A program made the translations under genes and the position numbers. Positions 1 through 13,711 of a DNA stretch of 64,000 bases are shown here, piece by piece. Position 1 is the first letter of the stretch, and each line of letters begins with the position of its first letter. The notes under the pieces are model-generated. The model was not told the DNA's origin, made no database searches, and was given only the letters and a program-made list of their open reading frames with translations. The stretch covers positions 334,210-398,209 of the forward strand of contig NW_003314372.1 in assembly GCF_000143415.4 (NCBI RefSeq), in the 5' to 3' direction. This DNA comes from Selaginella moellendorffii. Its lineage: Eukaryota > Plantae > Lycopodiophyta.

Positions 1-129
1 TGAATGATTTTGTCAATCTTATCAAAGATTTCCTATATCATATGTAAAGTATGAATCAATTTTGTGTTTATGATTACCATTGGTACATCAAGCATGCCGG
101 GATTATAGTATTGTGGAATCATTAGGTGT

Positions 130-547
130 TTATGACAATCAAGAAGTTGATTATTGGTTGGAGTTGTGGGAAAGTTGCTAATCTCATAACCCTTGTGTGG
201 ATAAGCTGAAGATTGACTTTTTTGTGATGAAGCTTTCTAGTGATGCTTCTTTGGAGTGGACGAACTACATCAAAACTAATACAAATCCATCTTATTAAAA
301 TGATTTGACAAAGGTTTTTTATGCTTCATTTATTAAGAAGTTTAATGAAATTGATCTTGCAAACCAACTACTAGAGATCAAGCAAGGGACTTTGTCTTTG
401 GATGCCAATTTTGTGATATTTGCCTTAGTCTCATGAGCATCTATAATAGGCTATCAAAGGTGTAATGTTTTCTTAAAGGTTTGAGTTTAATGAATATGTA
501 GTAGTAATTCAAAAAAAAATTCTAATGATGCTGATTGATGCTATCAC
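130..547 (+). pseudogene. Degenerate retrotransposon gag remnant
   Basis: Translation DASLEWTNYIKT...DLTKVFYASFIKKFNEIDLANQLLEIKQGTLSL fits the Retrotrans_gag W..F...F..LxxLxQG pattern; contains stops; start coordinate approximate. Confidence 0.45.
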
Positions 548-780
548 TGTTATGATCTGGTGCAAAAAGACAAAGATCTAGTCGCCCTAGACTATGCTAC
601 GCCACCTCTTGAGGTTCCTCACCACCCAACCACCCCCAGGCTACCTCAAAAGTTCCACTGCACCGCCGCTCCACTGTGAGCCCTAGGGTAGGTTAAATCC
701 CTTACCCTAACATGCCTTAATATACCCTTGAGCCTCCCTTTGACTGATGTTGACCACATAGTCAAAGCTGGCGCCTAACA
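548..780 (-). repeat. Family A 3' LTR (233 bp, TG...CA)
   Basis: Reverse complement of LTR 37424-37648; PPT adjacent. Confidence 0.92.
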
Positions 781-2054
781 ATTCTTCCCCCCCAACAAAG
801 TCCTTATCCAAAGGACGAGTTGTATCGGTGATCACCCTTTTTGGGGAACCTTGCTCAAGCTTCTGGTCCATCTTCCACAGCCGTATACACCAAGGAGGCA
901 TTGGGCCCATCACTCCGAGATAGTACACCTTTCAACTGGCTGACATAAAATACCAGATGAATTTTCACCCTAGCTGGCAGCCACACCCGATAAACCATTT
1001 TACCAATGTGCTCCAACACTTCATATGGACTAGCATATCGATAGGAAAGTTTATCACTCTTCCCTTTCCGTAAAGGCACCAAGGTGTTCCGCCACTCACT
1101 TGACAGAAAGATCACTTGCACAAAGACAAGATCACCCACCTTATATTCCCAAAATTGGTGATGCTCATTGGCAAACTTCTCCACTCTATCCTGAGTTGCT
1201 TGCAAATTCTGTTTGCACACCACTAGAATCTCATCAAGTTCTATGGCTAGATCAGTCGCCTTAGAATCAAGCTTATCTTGAACGTCCTTACTCAAATGCA
1301 ATCCCAACTCCACCGCTATTTGAGGATGCCTTCCAAACATGGCAAAATAAAGACTTAGCTTGGTTCCACTGTGTTGGCTATTGTTGTAAGCAAATTGCAC
1401 CAATGGAAGATATAAATCCCACTGTCCTTGCCTTTGACCAATGCTACAACGTAGCATATCCTCCACCACCTGATTCACACGCTCGGTTTGCCCATCTGTC
1501 TAAGGATGATCTCCACTCAAGAGTTTCAAAGTCACTTGCATAGCCTTTGCAAAGCTTTTCCAAAATCCACTGATGAACTTTCAATCTTGATCATTAATGA
1601 TGTCCTCCAGCAAACCAAAATCAGGAAAACCCTTCTCCAAGTAAACCACAGCCAAATCTGAGGTAGTGAAAGTCTTCTGAAGAGCCAACAACCGCACATA
1701 CTTCGTCAACCGATCCACTATGACCCATACTTGCTCCTTTTGCCTCTGTGTTCATAGCAAACAAGTGATGAAGTCCATAGAGATACTACACCAATGGCTC
1801 TGAGGAATAGGTTAAGGTTGCAAAAGTCCCCCCGGCTTCTCCCGTGGCACCTTAACCCGCTGACAAAGCTCGCATGATTTACAATACTTGAGGATATCAG
1901 CCTTCATATTCCTCCAATAAAAGTTGCGCTTAATCAACTCATACGTCTTCCTCCCCCCCAAAATGACCGGCCTCAAGACGATCATGATAGTGGAATAAAA
2001 CTTGAGTAATTAACGCATCCACCCATGACAAATAGACACGGCCATTGTAATAGA

Positions 2055-2136
2055 ATAGGATAAGGAAAGGGCCCTACAATTAAGTGATCACCCCTTTAGC
2101 CAGTTGGCTTAGGGTGTAAGGGATAGGATCCTAATA
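2055..2136 (+). repeat. 5'-truncated TRIM E-type LTR followed by PBS (TGGTATCAGAG)
   Basis: Matches TRIM LTR 21325-21427 from about nt 22 to its GGATCCTAAYA end. Confidence 0.85.
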
Positions 2137-2160
2137 TTGGTATCAGAGGAGTTGGTTGCG

Positions 2161-4375
2161 ATGGCCGACCAAGCTAAACGCTGAAATCCTATTGTCAATG
2201 GTGGTGCCAACGATGGTGCCGACGAAGCTGCAGAGATTTGGACCATTCAAGATGTGGTTCATGAGCTGTGAGGCCTTAACCAAAATCAGCAAGAGATGCA
2301 AGATGAGATGCATGGCATGATGGATACCATGCATAGGCGTGTTGAGGCCCTCGAGGCTGGACGGGGTAGCGCTCCGAGTAAGCCTCCTTTGGTAGATCGA
2401 CTCAAGATTCCAACCTTTTCTAGTGATGGTGGTGTGGATGAGTGTCTCGCTTGGCTAGCCAATGTGAAGAAGTTCTTGGCTGCTAGGGGAACTCCAGATG
2501 TAGAGGCTTTAGTGGCTATTCTGATGGTTTTGCGTGATGTGGGTCTTCGATAGTGGAATTGGCTTGAGGAGTCCTGTGTTGCGGATAAGAAACCACTAGT
2601 GTCTACCATGGATGAGTTTGAGGCTGCTTTTTGTTTACAATTTTCCCCTCATTACGATGTAGAAAATGCTCGTACAGAACTTTGACACTTCCAGCAAGGG
2701 AAAATGATGCTTGGGGACTATATTGAGAAGCTTACTCGCTTGATTAGTCATGTTCCAACGAAGGATCTAGATCAAAACAAGTCCTACTTCATTGATGGCC
2801 TACATAGTGAGAGCATGTAGCAACACTTGCGTCATTCTCAGCCTACAAAGAGTTTGGAGGAGCTCTTTGATGTGGCTTGTTGACTTGACAATGATAAGCA
2901 CAAGTCTCGCAAGCATTCGCGGAGTCCTTCTGTCGAGAATCGTCGTAATGATTGCCGTGGACACAAGGATGGGAACAAGCATCACAAGTTGAAGTCGGTG
3001 GTCACTACTTTGGATGCAAAGGGGTTCAAGAAGCAGAATTTCTTTGTGAAGAATTATAGACAGGGTTGTCATCATTGCGGCGAACTTGGACACTACAAGG
3101 CTGATTGTCCGCAGTTGAAGAACAAACAGCAGAACAAGAAGAATGGCCAATCTTCTTCTCATGGTAAGTCAGATACTAAAAAGTTGCAAACTATACAGTG
3201 TGAGCATGACGAGAACAACCATTCCAGTCAGAGAAAAAGACTTTCGATCGTTGCTCATCAACTCAACTGTGTGTGGAACAAGATGGAGCTCGAGGATACA
3301 CATGAATCAGCTTTAATGCTGGAGGATGTGTTCTGTGGTGATCCAGTGCGGATTTTATTGGATAGTGGGAGCGATGATAACTTTGTTTGTTGTGGATCAT
3401 GGCCTGGTCACATGCAGAGTTCTTCCATACATAGTGGAAGGTGCAGCTACCTCTGCTCAGCATTTCGATGCTTGTGTCGAGGGGCTGGAAGTGTTAGTTG
3501 GCAAAACCACACTTGTGAAGACTTTTTATCTTGCAGATATCTATCATGTGGATCTCATTCTTGGGATGCCATGGTTGGTGAAGGTGCTTCCAGAGATAAA
3601 GTGGAGTATTAAGCATATCTCGCTAGAGTATGGTGGCGTTCAAGATGTGTGGTTTGGCAAGGGCATTCAACCACCAGTTGTTATGCTCTTTGCTACATCT
3701 TTGAAGCGAGCTTGTCATAATGGAAAAACGCTTTTGAGTTACTTGCTGTTTGTTCATAAGTTGGGGGACCAAGGCATGTGTGGGGGAGAAGCAGCAGTAC
3801 AGGATGTACTTGACAAGTTTTCTGATGTTTTTCCATCTGAACTTCCTCATGGGTTGCCTCTATTACGAGGCATGGAGCATGGGATTATATTGGAGCCGGG
3901 GATGCAGCCAATTTACCGATGTCCATTTCACTTAAGTTATGCGGAGGAGCAAGAAGTTCAACGACAAGTCAAGGACTTACTTGAGTTTGGATTCATTCAG
4001 CCAAGTAAGTCTCCATTTGGTGCTCCGGTCTTGCTTGTGAAGAAGAAGGACGGTTCAATGCGAATGTGTATTGACTACCACGCTTTGAACAAAAAGATAG
4101 TGAAGGATAAGATGCCAATGCCACGTGTGGATGATATTCTAGACAAGCTTGGTGAAGCACGAGTGTTTACCAATATTGATCTGAGGAGTGGATATCATCA
4201 AATTGCAATGGATGATGCATCTATCTCCAAGACGGCATTCAACACAAGCTTTGGACATTTTGAATTTACAGTTATGCCATTTGGTTTGACGAATGCACCA
4301 GCCACATTTACTCAGTTGATGACGGAGGTATTTGGGCGTTATCTTCATGAGTTTATGGAGATTTTCTTGGATAAA
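2161..4375 (+). pseudogene. Family A gag-protease-RT(N) fragment with stops and frameshifts
   Basis: Zinc knuckle CHHCGELGHYKADC, protease [31 protein letters not shown] and [12 protein letters not shown]; breaks off at FLD. Confidence 0.9.
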
Positions 4376-4509
4376 TAAATATAATGATGTATAGGTAAAA
4401 ATATTTTTTGAGTCTTGATGCAGCAAAAACTTGAATATGAAGCATTAGCTGACTTGTTCACTACCCTGTTGACCAGTGCTTTTATTAAAAAAATCTACGC
4501 CTTAGTGAT

Positions 4510-4732
4510 TGTTAGGTTGACTATGTGGTCAACATTGGTCAAAAGGAGGCTCAAGGGTATATTAAGGCATGTTAGGGTAAGTGACTTAACCTACCCTAGG
4601 GCTCACAGTGGAGCAATGGCGCAGTGGAGCTTTTGAGGTAGCTCGGGGGTGGTTGGGGTGAGGAACCTCAAGAGGTGGCGTAGCATAGTCTAGGGCGACT
4701 AGATCTCTGTCTTTTTGTGCCGGATCATAACA
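4510..4732 (+). repeat. Family A LTR followed by a degenerate PBS and TRIM E internal sequence (4733-4863)
   Basis: TGTTAGG...GATCATAACA matches the A LTR; downstream sequence matches TRIM internal 21140-21270; no PPT upstream. Confidence 0.85.
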
Positions 4733-5664
4733 TTAGTATTGGAGCCCAGTTTGAATCTCGTGGCTGACAAGTGGGGCAGGAATATTCTAAGGGAATATTC
4801 AACATGGTGGATCTAGATGGAGAACTAAGGTTTGGTAGACCCTAAGAGAAGGACTATGGTGACTGGATCTAACAATGACAACGTAGAGAATCCCATCCAT
4901 CAATGAGAATGGGGCTTCCATCTGGCCTTGCAAAGAGGCCACCTTAGCATCATGAGCCTGAGCATGCTCAACCAACTGCCCAAACTCGCTGACCACCTTA
5001 CTCAAATGATGACAAAATCGTGTTTATAACGTTGTCACATGGCGAACACGAGATAAAGCATCTACCACTACAGTTGCTTTTCTTGGACGATGTTCAATAG
5101 GAAACTCCCCAAACTTCATGAGTTTGACCATCCAACGAGCTTGCCTAGTGTTCAACTCCTGTGTGAAAAGATACACAAGTGGTTTGTGATCTGTCAACAC
5201 CACGAACACTGCACCATAAAGATAGTGCCGCCATGTCCGTAAAGCATGAACAATAGAGAGTAACTCTTGCTCATATGTGGAATAGCGTTGCTCCGCAAAA
5301 TTCAAAGTTCGACTCTCATATGCAATAGGCTATCCCTCTTGTATGAGAACTCGTCCCAGTGCATAACCACTCGCATCGCATGTCACCTTATAAGGTTTTG
5401 ATGGATCAGCAATGCGAAACACTGGAGTTTCACTCAACAATCGTTTCAGCGCCACAAAACTCTCCTCTTGTGGCTTCTTCCACTCAAATGGCACATTCTT
5501 GCCTAACAACCCCGTCACCTCTGCAAAATTATGCTGGTAATGTTAGTGGTAACTAGCTATACCAAGAAAACTGCGCAACTCAGCCACTGTAGTCAGTGTA
5601 TGCCAATTTTCCACCACAGCCACCTTCCTTGGATTTGTCTTGACATCCTTAGATGTCACAATAT

Positions 5665-8600
5665 TGTGAGACACAAAATCCTTAGGCCCCAAAGTGGAGC
5701 TGGAAAGGGTGCCACGTGGTAGTGGCTGAAGCGAAAGCCAAACAAGCGTGACCCGTTTGGACTAAAAGCTCCAACTTGGAAGGTCGAGAGCGGGAGTGGA
5801 ACTCCCAACAAAGTGCTTGAGGAACAAGCACAAAGCGAGCAATAAGCGAGGCTCCAAAAAGGGACCCAAAAGGACCAACATATGACACGTGGAAGTGTCC
5901 GAGATGGGGTCCGAGATGGACCAAGACGGAGTCCGAGATGGAGTCCGAGGTGGAGTCCAAGATGGAGTCCGAGATGGAGTCCAAAGTGGAGTCCAAGATG
6001 GAGTCCGAGATGGACCGAGATGGAGTCCGAGATGGAGTCCGAGATAGACCGAGATGGAGTCCGAGATAGACCGAGATGGAGTCTGAGATGGGGTCCAAAG
6101 TGGAGTCCGAGATGGAGTCCAAAGTGGAGTCTGAGATGGAGTCTGAGATGGAGTCCGAGATGGACCGAGACGGAGTCCGAGATGGAGTTCGAGATGGAGT
6201 CCGAGGTGGAGTCCGAGATGGAGTCTGAGATGGAGTCCGAAGTGGAGTCCAAGATGGAGTCCAAGATGGACCGAGATGGAGTCTGAGATGGACCCGAGAT
6301 GGAATCCGAGATGGAGTCCGAGAAGGACCCGAGATGGAGTCCGAGGTTGAGACTGAGACTGGGACCGAGACCAAGACCAAGACCGAGACCGAGACCGGGA
6401 CCGAGACCGAGACCGAGGCGAAGGCCGAGACCGAGCCCGAGTCTGAGTCTGAGTCCGAGTTCGAGTCCGAGTTCGAGTCTGAGAGGGTGAAAGCCCAAAG
6501 CGTTCGTCTCCCAGACCCTGGGGGGTTTGGTGAGCTCCAAAAGTATAGTAAGGGGGAGGACTGCAGTGGAGCCAGTTTGGCCAGGAAAGGGCAGTTTGGC
6601 CCAGGAAGGCCAGACCCAGTGTTGGGTGATGAACTGACCACTGGGAAGTCCAAGACTAGAGTGAATACGGACCGACAAGCAGGGTAGCTTGGTGAAGTGT
6701 TCAAGAGCCGGCTCTAGTTCCCCCGGGAGATCGACTAGCCGATGCTCCCAATCCAAGTGTGGGTTGCACTACCTACTTGGATACCAGGCGTGGCTCAACG
6801 GAACCTCGCTCTAAGCCCATGGCTAGAGCACCTAAAGGCGAAAGGTGGGGAGAGTACCTAGGTGGCTCGCATAAGGCCACAGTGTTCCGAAATGTTGTCC
6901 CAAAGGCCCAAACTGTGGAAAGGAAGAGGAGCAGTCCTCTGGGGTAGTGACCAAGGACACAGTCGTGTGGTGAGGAAGTCCCAGAGGACCATGGGACTTA
7001 GTGGTCGGGCCTGTGGGCCTCGATCCAGTGGTAGTGTTGGTGAACACGGCCATGGACAGTAAAGGGACTTGGTGGGGACCAGAAAAGGGACATTGGGGGA
7101 AGGCTATTCCCCATGTCTGTCGGCATCCTAAGGATGCTAAGGAGTGGATCTGGGATGATCACTCATGAATGGATGGCCCAGTCTTTGAGGGACGGGACTG
7201 TGATGGAGGTGGTGTCAGACCATCGGTGTGACCAAGGTGAATGGGCATGGCATTAGCATAACGGGCTGATATGTTGGTGGTACTTTGGAGTGTCGGTCAT
7301 GGGATCGGTCACGTGGAGCACTTGGACCAAGTGCAAAGGTTGGGTGGCGGGGATGCCATTCTCGGGGCTAGCAAGCCCAAGTTTGAAATAGGACTTAACT
7401 TATGGAGGTTGTGAGTGAGACTCCTCCAATTGGTCGGAGGTGTGGTTAAGTGACTAAAGTAGAATGGAAAAATTAATCGCTTACAACTTGGTATCGGAGC
7501 TGTTCCTTAGTTCAACTTTTATTGGTGCTCAAGTATATCACCATTGATGTTGGCATTGGAAGGTCCTAGGAGTGGGCCTATCCTTGAGGAGTAGCATGTT
7601 GAGAGGACATATCTCTCCACTCAAGTTCATGCATGAACTTGGGCACGATATGGTGGATAGAAAAGGGCCAATAATAGAACAACTTTGGGATCTTGGGAAC
7701 AGTATAAGGTTTCCTTAGAGAGTTGAGGATGTGATCCAGATGAGCGTTTAATGCAGCAAATGGGCTAACGTAGTTGTGGTAAACAACTATAATTGGGATC
7801 ACGGGAAAGATGTAGACTCCAAAATAATAAAGGAGTCACAAGATTACCCTCATATAGTTGAGGCCAGTGCTCATAACTTTGAGACCGGAATTAATGACCA
7901 TGGGAGGTCAAATATAGGAGAGGACACAAGTCCTCAAAATGGTAGCTGAGGTTACCCTTGATAAATGCTGGAACAACCCAAGGAGTTGGGGATGTACTTA
8001 GAGGATGAGTTGGTATTCTCATCACATGGACAAGTGGTCCTAAGAGGCAAAAGGTTGCCCCAAGAGAACAAATCAAGTGTTGGAGTAACACTTGCAAAGA
8101 TGGTCCTTGTGAGTAGGACCTGAATACAAGAAGTTGTATTCCAGTGAGTTGGCACCTCAAAGGTAGGACCTCATGGGTCGTCGGATGACAAAGTCCAAAA
8201 AGCTGGATGATTCCAATAGAGTCAAGGAATAATCCTAAAGGATTGATGGAAGCATTTGGACTGAGGTGTGTGGTACCCCACGAAGGATGGGGGGGATCAT
8301 AGGATCCAAGGATGAGAACAGAGAGTATCTCATCGATGGCAAAATGTGCCATGTTAAAGTCGTGAGAAGGGTGTTCCCAAAAGAAAACAACTTTGAAACA
8401 AAGTTGTGTGTGACCTCTATGGTGCAGTGCTAATGGATGGTTGGCATGAGAAAGAGTGGTATTAGTCTTGGCAAAAACTTAAACACAAAGAAGAAGTGTC
8501 ATAGAGGTAGGCTCGTGGAGCCGATGGTGTGGAGACACCAAATGTGCCAAGGTGTGATACCTTGAGGCTATGTTGGTGGGTTCATGAGAACCCCTTGCCA

Positions 8601-8806
8601 AAGGAATCCCAATGGAAATGGGAATGGCATAGCCTAAGTTGCAGAGCATGCAGTTGGAGTGTGGTGACCCAGATAATGATGGAGGTGTGGAAGCACCAGC
8701 AATGAGTTGTAGGACTTGACAACTATGAGGCAACTAAGCAAGAGGTGCAAAATAATTGGTTAAACGGGTAGAAGGTAGCTACCCAAGCCTTCTTAATGGC
8801 ATTATC
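5665..8806 (+). mobile_element. Family B LARD, 5' part: LTR 5665-7485, PBS 7489-7500, first ~1.3 kb of the non-coding internal region
   Basis: TGTGAGACAC...CGCTTACA, then TGGTATCGGAGC; internal region homologous to the reverse complement of ~52000-53329. Confidence 0.9.
5896..6482 (+). repeat. LTR-internal tandem array (GAGATGGAGTCC 12-mers, then GAGACC and GAGTCC hexamers)
   Basis: Directly visible; recurs in every well-preserved B LTR. Confidence 0.95.
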
Positions 8807-9807
8807 GAGGTTGTGAGTGAGACTCCTCCAAGTGGTCGGAGGTGCAGTTAAGTGACTAAAGTAGAATGGAAAAATTAGTCACTTACAAGTCGGGCCTATG
8901 GGCCTTGATCTAGTGGCAGTATTGGCGAACACGGCCATGGACAGAAAAAGGACTTGGTGGGGACTGTAAATGGGATATTGGGGAAGGCTGTTCCCTATAT
9001 CTGCAGGCATCTTAAGGATGCTAAAGAGTGGACCTAGGATGGTCACTCATAGATGGATGGGCCAATTTTTGAGAGATGGGACTGCGATGCAGGTGGTGTT
9101 AGACCACCGGTGTGACCAAGGTGAATGGGCATAGCCTTAGCGTAACGGGTAGGTATGTTAGTGGTACCTTGGGGTGTCAGTAATGGGATCGGACACATGG
9201 AGCACTTAAACCAAGTGTAATGGTTGAGTGGCATCGATGCCATTCATGGGGCTAGCAAGTTCCTAAGTCCAGAATAGGACTTACGGAGGTTGTGAGTGAG
9301 ACTCCTTCAAGTGGTTGGAGGTGCGGTTAAATGACTAAAGTAGAATGGAAAAATTAGTCACTTACAAGTCAGGCTTGTGGGCCTTAATCCAGTGGTAGTG
9401 TTAGCGAACACGGCCATGGACAGAAAAGGGACTTGGTGGGGATTGTAAATGGGATATTGGGGAAGGTTGTTCCCTATGTCTGTGGGCATCTTAAAGATGC
9501 TAAGGAGTGGACCTAGGATGGTCACTCATAGATGGATGGCCCAGTCTTTTGAGAGACGGGACTACGATACAGGTGGTGTTAGACCACTGGTGTGACCAAG
9601 GTGAATGGGCATGGCCATAGCATAACGGGTTGGTATGTTGGTGGTACCTTGGGGTGTCGGTCATGGGATCGGACATGTGGAGCACTTGGACCAAGTGTAA
9701 TGGTTGAGTGGCATCGATACCATTCTTGGGGCTAGCAAGTTCCTAAGTCCAGAATGGGACTTATGGAGGTTGTGAGTGAGACTCCTCCAAGTGGTCGGAG
9801 GTGTGGT
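8807..9807 (+). repeat. Tandem repeat, ~480-bp unit (~2.1 copies), derived from the 3' end of the B LTR
   Basis: GAGGTTGTGAGTGAGACTCC at 8807, 9286 and 9766; unit corresponds to ~7004-7486. Confidence 0.9.
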
Positions 9808-12800
9808 CATTTTGTTGGTAGTAGTGCATTTTGGTTCATTGCAATCACACAAGTATTTCCCAATGTCTCCACACATTGAGGTATGGATCATTGTAAACAA
9901 CCAAAGCAATACATAGATTGGAAGAAAATAAAAAATAAAAAACCAAATTAGTAGAAGGAAGGAGGATTTATCTGCAAACCAATGAAATGATTTTATAAAA
10001 TTCTTTATGAGAGATAAGAAGTAGAAAAAAAATTCAAACTTTTCAGCTCTATCAATCAAGCTAGTACTCTGTACTAAAAATATAGAAATATAAGCTGTTG
10101 AAGAATTATATTGAAATATAATATAATATTTCTTAAGAATAGAAAGTCTTAAGCTTGACAGATATATATTATGTTAATATGAAATTTCATTTGATGGAGT
10201 TATAAGATACATAATTGAAGTTCATGTCACATAAATAGGCATGGCATGGATATGGGATCTTGGGGCTTTAACAAATAGGGCTTAGGGTTTAGGGTTTAGT
10301 GTTATTTAGGTCAAAAGATATCCCTAAAGCATAATATCCACTGGATATAAAATCTCTGAAAATGACCAACTAAAATGGTATAATATTTGAATTTTTTTCT
10401 GACTTAATTGTCAATATTAAAATTCCACAAAATCTGTAAATTCAAATTTGTGAGTGATTTCAGTCAGGAAATGGATGGGTCAAAATCATTTCCATCCATA
10501 GCCTTTTCTGAAATCTCAGTTGGCAATATTTTAGATGAAACATTGCATTGATCTAGAAAAAAGCATTAGATATCAATCATTTTGTTTTCTCTAATAGAAA
10601 GCTATCTGAAAATCCCCTAGTCACAAAGTCTAATACATTTAAGCAAAGCATGTCATACAGAAGGTTCTTGTTTGTTCTAAGAAAGAAAGGCATATAAAGG
10701 CCTGTGAGACTTGGATATGAATACATACAAAGGGAGATTTCCACCATCTTAGATTAAATTTTGAAAAAACACTTTTCTTAAGCTCCTCCAAAACCTACAT
10801 CCAGGCTTTTGTGCAGTCTTGTGCATTGACAACATGATCAAAGCTCAGCTCTCCAGCTCACCCCTGCTTGTATAGGTGTGCCTGGCCAAAACCTCTAAAA
10901 CAACTCAAGCACAAACTGAGATTATTGTTGGATATGATGAGCATTCGAGGATGGCAAGAGCAAAAATCCTATTGGCAACACTGAAGGGCTACAAGTTCTC
11001 ACTTTGCCAGTGGAGAGAAGTGCAGTGCAACAGTGAAGTGGACTAGCTGTTTTGTTTCTTTTTGGACAGGCAGGAAACCCACCTTGGTGAGGAAGAGCGA
11101 TGTCACCCCATTGACAACATGACACTCTCTCTCATAGATAAAATGTGAAGCTCACTCTTATAGATGATCATTAGGAGCTCCTTGTGCACCAGTAAAATCT
11201 TGAGTGAGAAGTGCTATGATTTAAGTCTTTACTTTTTATACCAGCAGAAACATTCTTTTCTGTCATTGTCTCAGAAAACCATCATGAAGGATGGTTGAGA
11301 ATCATCTCACCAAGTATGGTAGCTCCATTGCAGCAAAGTGATCTTATTTGGCAATTCATAATCCAAACTCATGTCTTTAGGAAATCAGAAAACTTAATGT
11401 GAGGCAGCTATAGAAAAAGAAAACAAAGAAAGTTTCTATCTCCAAAAGTCTATGGAGTGGAGAGGTCATGATCAAGATGCTCATGAAATAGTGCATGACT
11501 TAAAAATTAGAATTGGCAAAAGCTTACCATCAAGACAGCAAGATTCAACCACTCACCCATAGTTGCTCCCGATCCTCCTCCCTAGTGCCAGCTATGGAGC
11601 TTTAGAGCTGGTGCCCATTGTTATGATCCGGCACAAAAAGACAGAGATCTAGTCTCCCTAAACTATGCTACGCCACCTATTGAGGTTCCTCACCACCCAA
11701 CCACCCCCAAGCTACCTCAAAAGCTCCACTGCATTGCCACTCCACTATGAGCCCTAGGGTAGGTTAAGTCTCTTACCCTAACATGCCTTAATATACCCTT
11801 GAGCCTCCCTTTGACCAATATTGACCATGTGGTCAAAAATGACACCTAACAATTCTTCCTCCCATTAAATTCCTTGTTCTAAGGATGAGTTGTACCAATG
11901 ATCACCCTTTCTAGGGAAACCCTGCTTAAGCTCTTGGTCCATCTTCCACAACCGTATACATCAAGGAGGCATTAGGCTCATCACTCCAAGATAATACACC
12001 TTTCAACTGGTTGACATAAAATACTAGATGAATTTTCACCCCAGCTGGTAGCTACACCTAATAAACTGCTTTACCAATGCCCTCCAGCACTTCATATGGA
12101 CCAGCATATTGATGGGAAAGTTTGTCACTTTTCACTATTTGTAAAGGCACCAAGGTGTTCTACTGCTCACTTGATGGAAAGATAACTTATACGAAGACAA
12201 AATCACCCACCTTATATTCTTGGAATTTGCGATGCTCATTAAACTTCTCTACTCTATCCTGAGCTGCTTGCAAATTCCGTTTGCACACCACCAGAATCTC
12301 ATCAAGTTCTGTAGCCAAATCAGTTGCCTTGGAATCAAGTTAATCTTGAACGTCCTTACTCAAATGCAATCCCAACTCCACCACTGTTTGGGGATGCATT
12401 CCAAATATGGCAAAGTAAGTACTTAGCTTGGTTTCACTATGTTGGCTATTATTGTAAGAAAATCGCACCAGCTGAAGATATAGATCCCATTGTCCATGCC
12501 TTTGACCAATGCTACAACGTAGCATATCCTCCACCACTTGGTTCACATGCTCAGTTTGCCCATCTGTGTAAGGATGATCTCCACTCGAGAGTTTCAAAGT
12601 CACTTGCATAGCCTTCGTAAAGCTTTTCCAAAATCCACTTGTGAACTTTGAATCTTGATCACTAATGATGTCCTCTGGCAAACCAAAATCAGGAAAAACC
12701 TTCTCCAAGTAGGTTGCAGCCAAGTCTGGGGTAGTGACAGTTTTCCGAAGAGCTAAGAACTACATATATTTCGTCAACCAATTCACTATGACCCATACTT

Positions 12801-13711
12801 GCCCCTTTTGCCTCTGTGTGCGTGGCAAACAAGTGATGAAGTCCATAAAGATACTACACCAATGACTCTGAGAAATAGGTAAAGGTTACGAAAGTCCTCT
12901 CAACTTCTCCCGTGGCACCTTAACCTACTGATAGAGCTCACATGATTTATAATACTCGAGTCTTCATATTCCTCCAATAAAAATTGTGCTTAATCAACTC
13001 ATACATCTTCTTCCCCCCAAAATGACCAGCCTTTAAACGACCATGATAGTGGAATAAAACTTGAGTAATTAATGCATCCACCTATGGCAAATATACATGG
13101 CCATTGTAGTAGGGAATCCCATCCACCAATGAGAAATGAACTTCCATTTAGTTGGGCAAAGAGGCCACCTGAGCATCTTGAGCCTAAACATGCTCAACCA
13201 ACTGCCTAAACTCATTGACCATCTTACTCAAATGATGACAAGACCGTGTTTGGAATGCCGTCAAAGGATAAACACGAGATAAAGCATCTACCATTACATT
13301 TGATTTTTCCAGATGATGCTCAATAGAAAACTCTCCAAACTCCATGAGTTTAACTATCCAACGAGTTTCCTTAGTGTTCAACTCCTTTTGTGTGCAAAGA
13401 TACACAAGTGGTTTGTGATCCGTTAACACCACAAACACTACATGATAAAGATAGTGCTGCCACGTCTGCAAAGCGTGAACAATAGAAAGTAACTCTTGTT
13501 CATATATGGAATAGCAAAGTTCAACTCTTATATACAATAGGCTGTCCCTCTTACATGAGAACTCTTCCCAATGCATAAGCATTCACATCACATATCACCT
13601 CGTAAGGTTTTGATGGATTAGCAAACCTTCAGCCTTGTAGTATCCACGCTCACCACAATGATGACAACTTTGTCTAAAATTCTTCACAAAGAACTTTTGC
13701 ATTTTTTACCC

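Larger units (their letters stand above)
548..5664 (-). mobile_element. Family A Ty3/gypsy, 3' half (RT end, RNase H, integrase, PPT, 3' LTR); interrupted by insert 2055-4882 and cut at 5664 by a family B LTR
   Basis: ORFs 5330-5518 (CDASGYALG), 5024-5305 (YEQELLSIVHAL), 855-1478 (integrase C-term, GPY/F-like); PPT 781-793; homologous to 35364-37648. Confidence 0.9.

Noticed and set aside
5656-6756. Long low-complexity ORFs (LGLGL, SDSIS, RSRSR, ESEME), also at 41074-42094, 48139-49332, 54105-55062 and 59649-60777
   Set aside because: They arise from a stop-poor repeat array inside LTRs, are open in most frames on both strands, and the 11- and 35-bp units break frame between copies
10276-10310. 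Interstitial telomere
   Set aside because: Only about two near-perfect TTTAGGG units; too short to call
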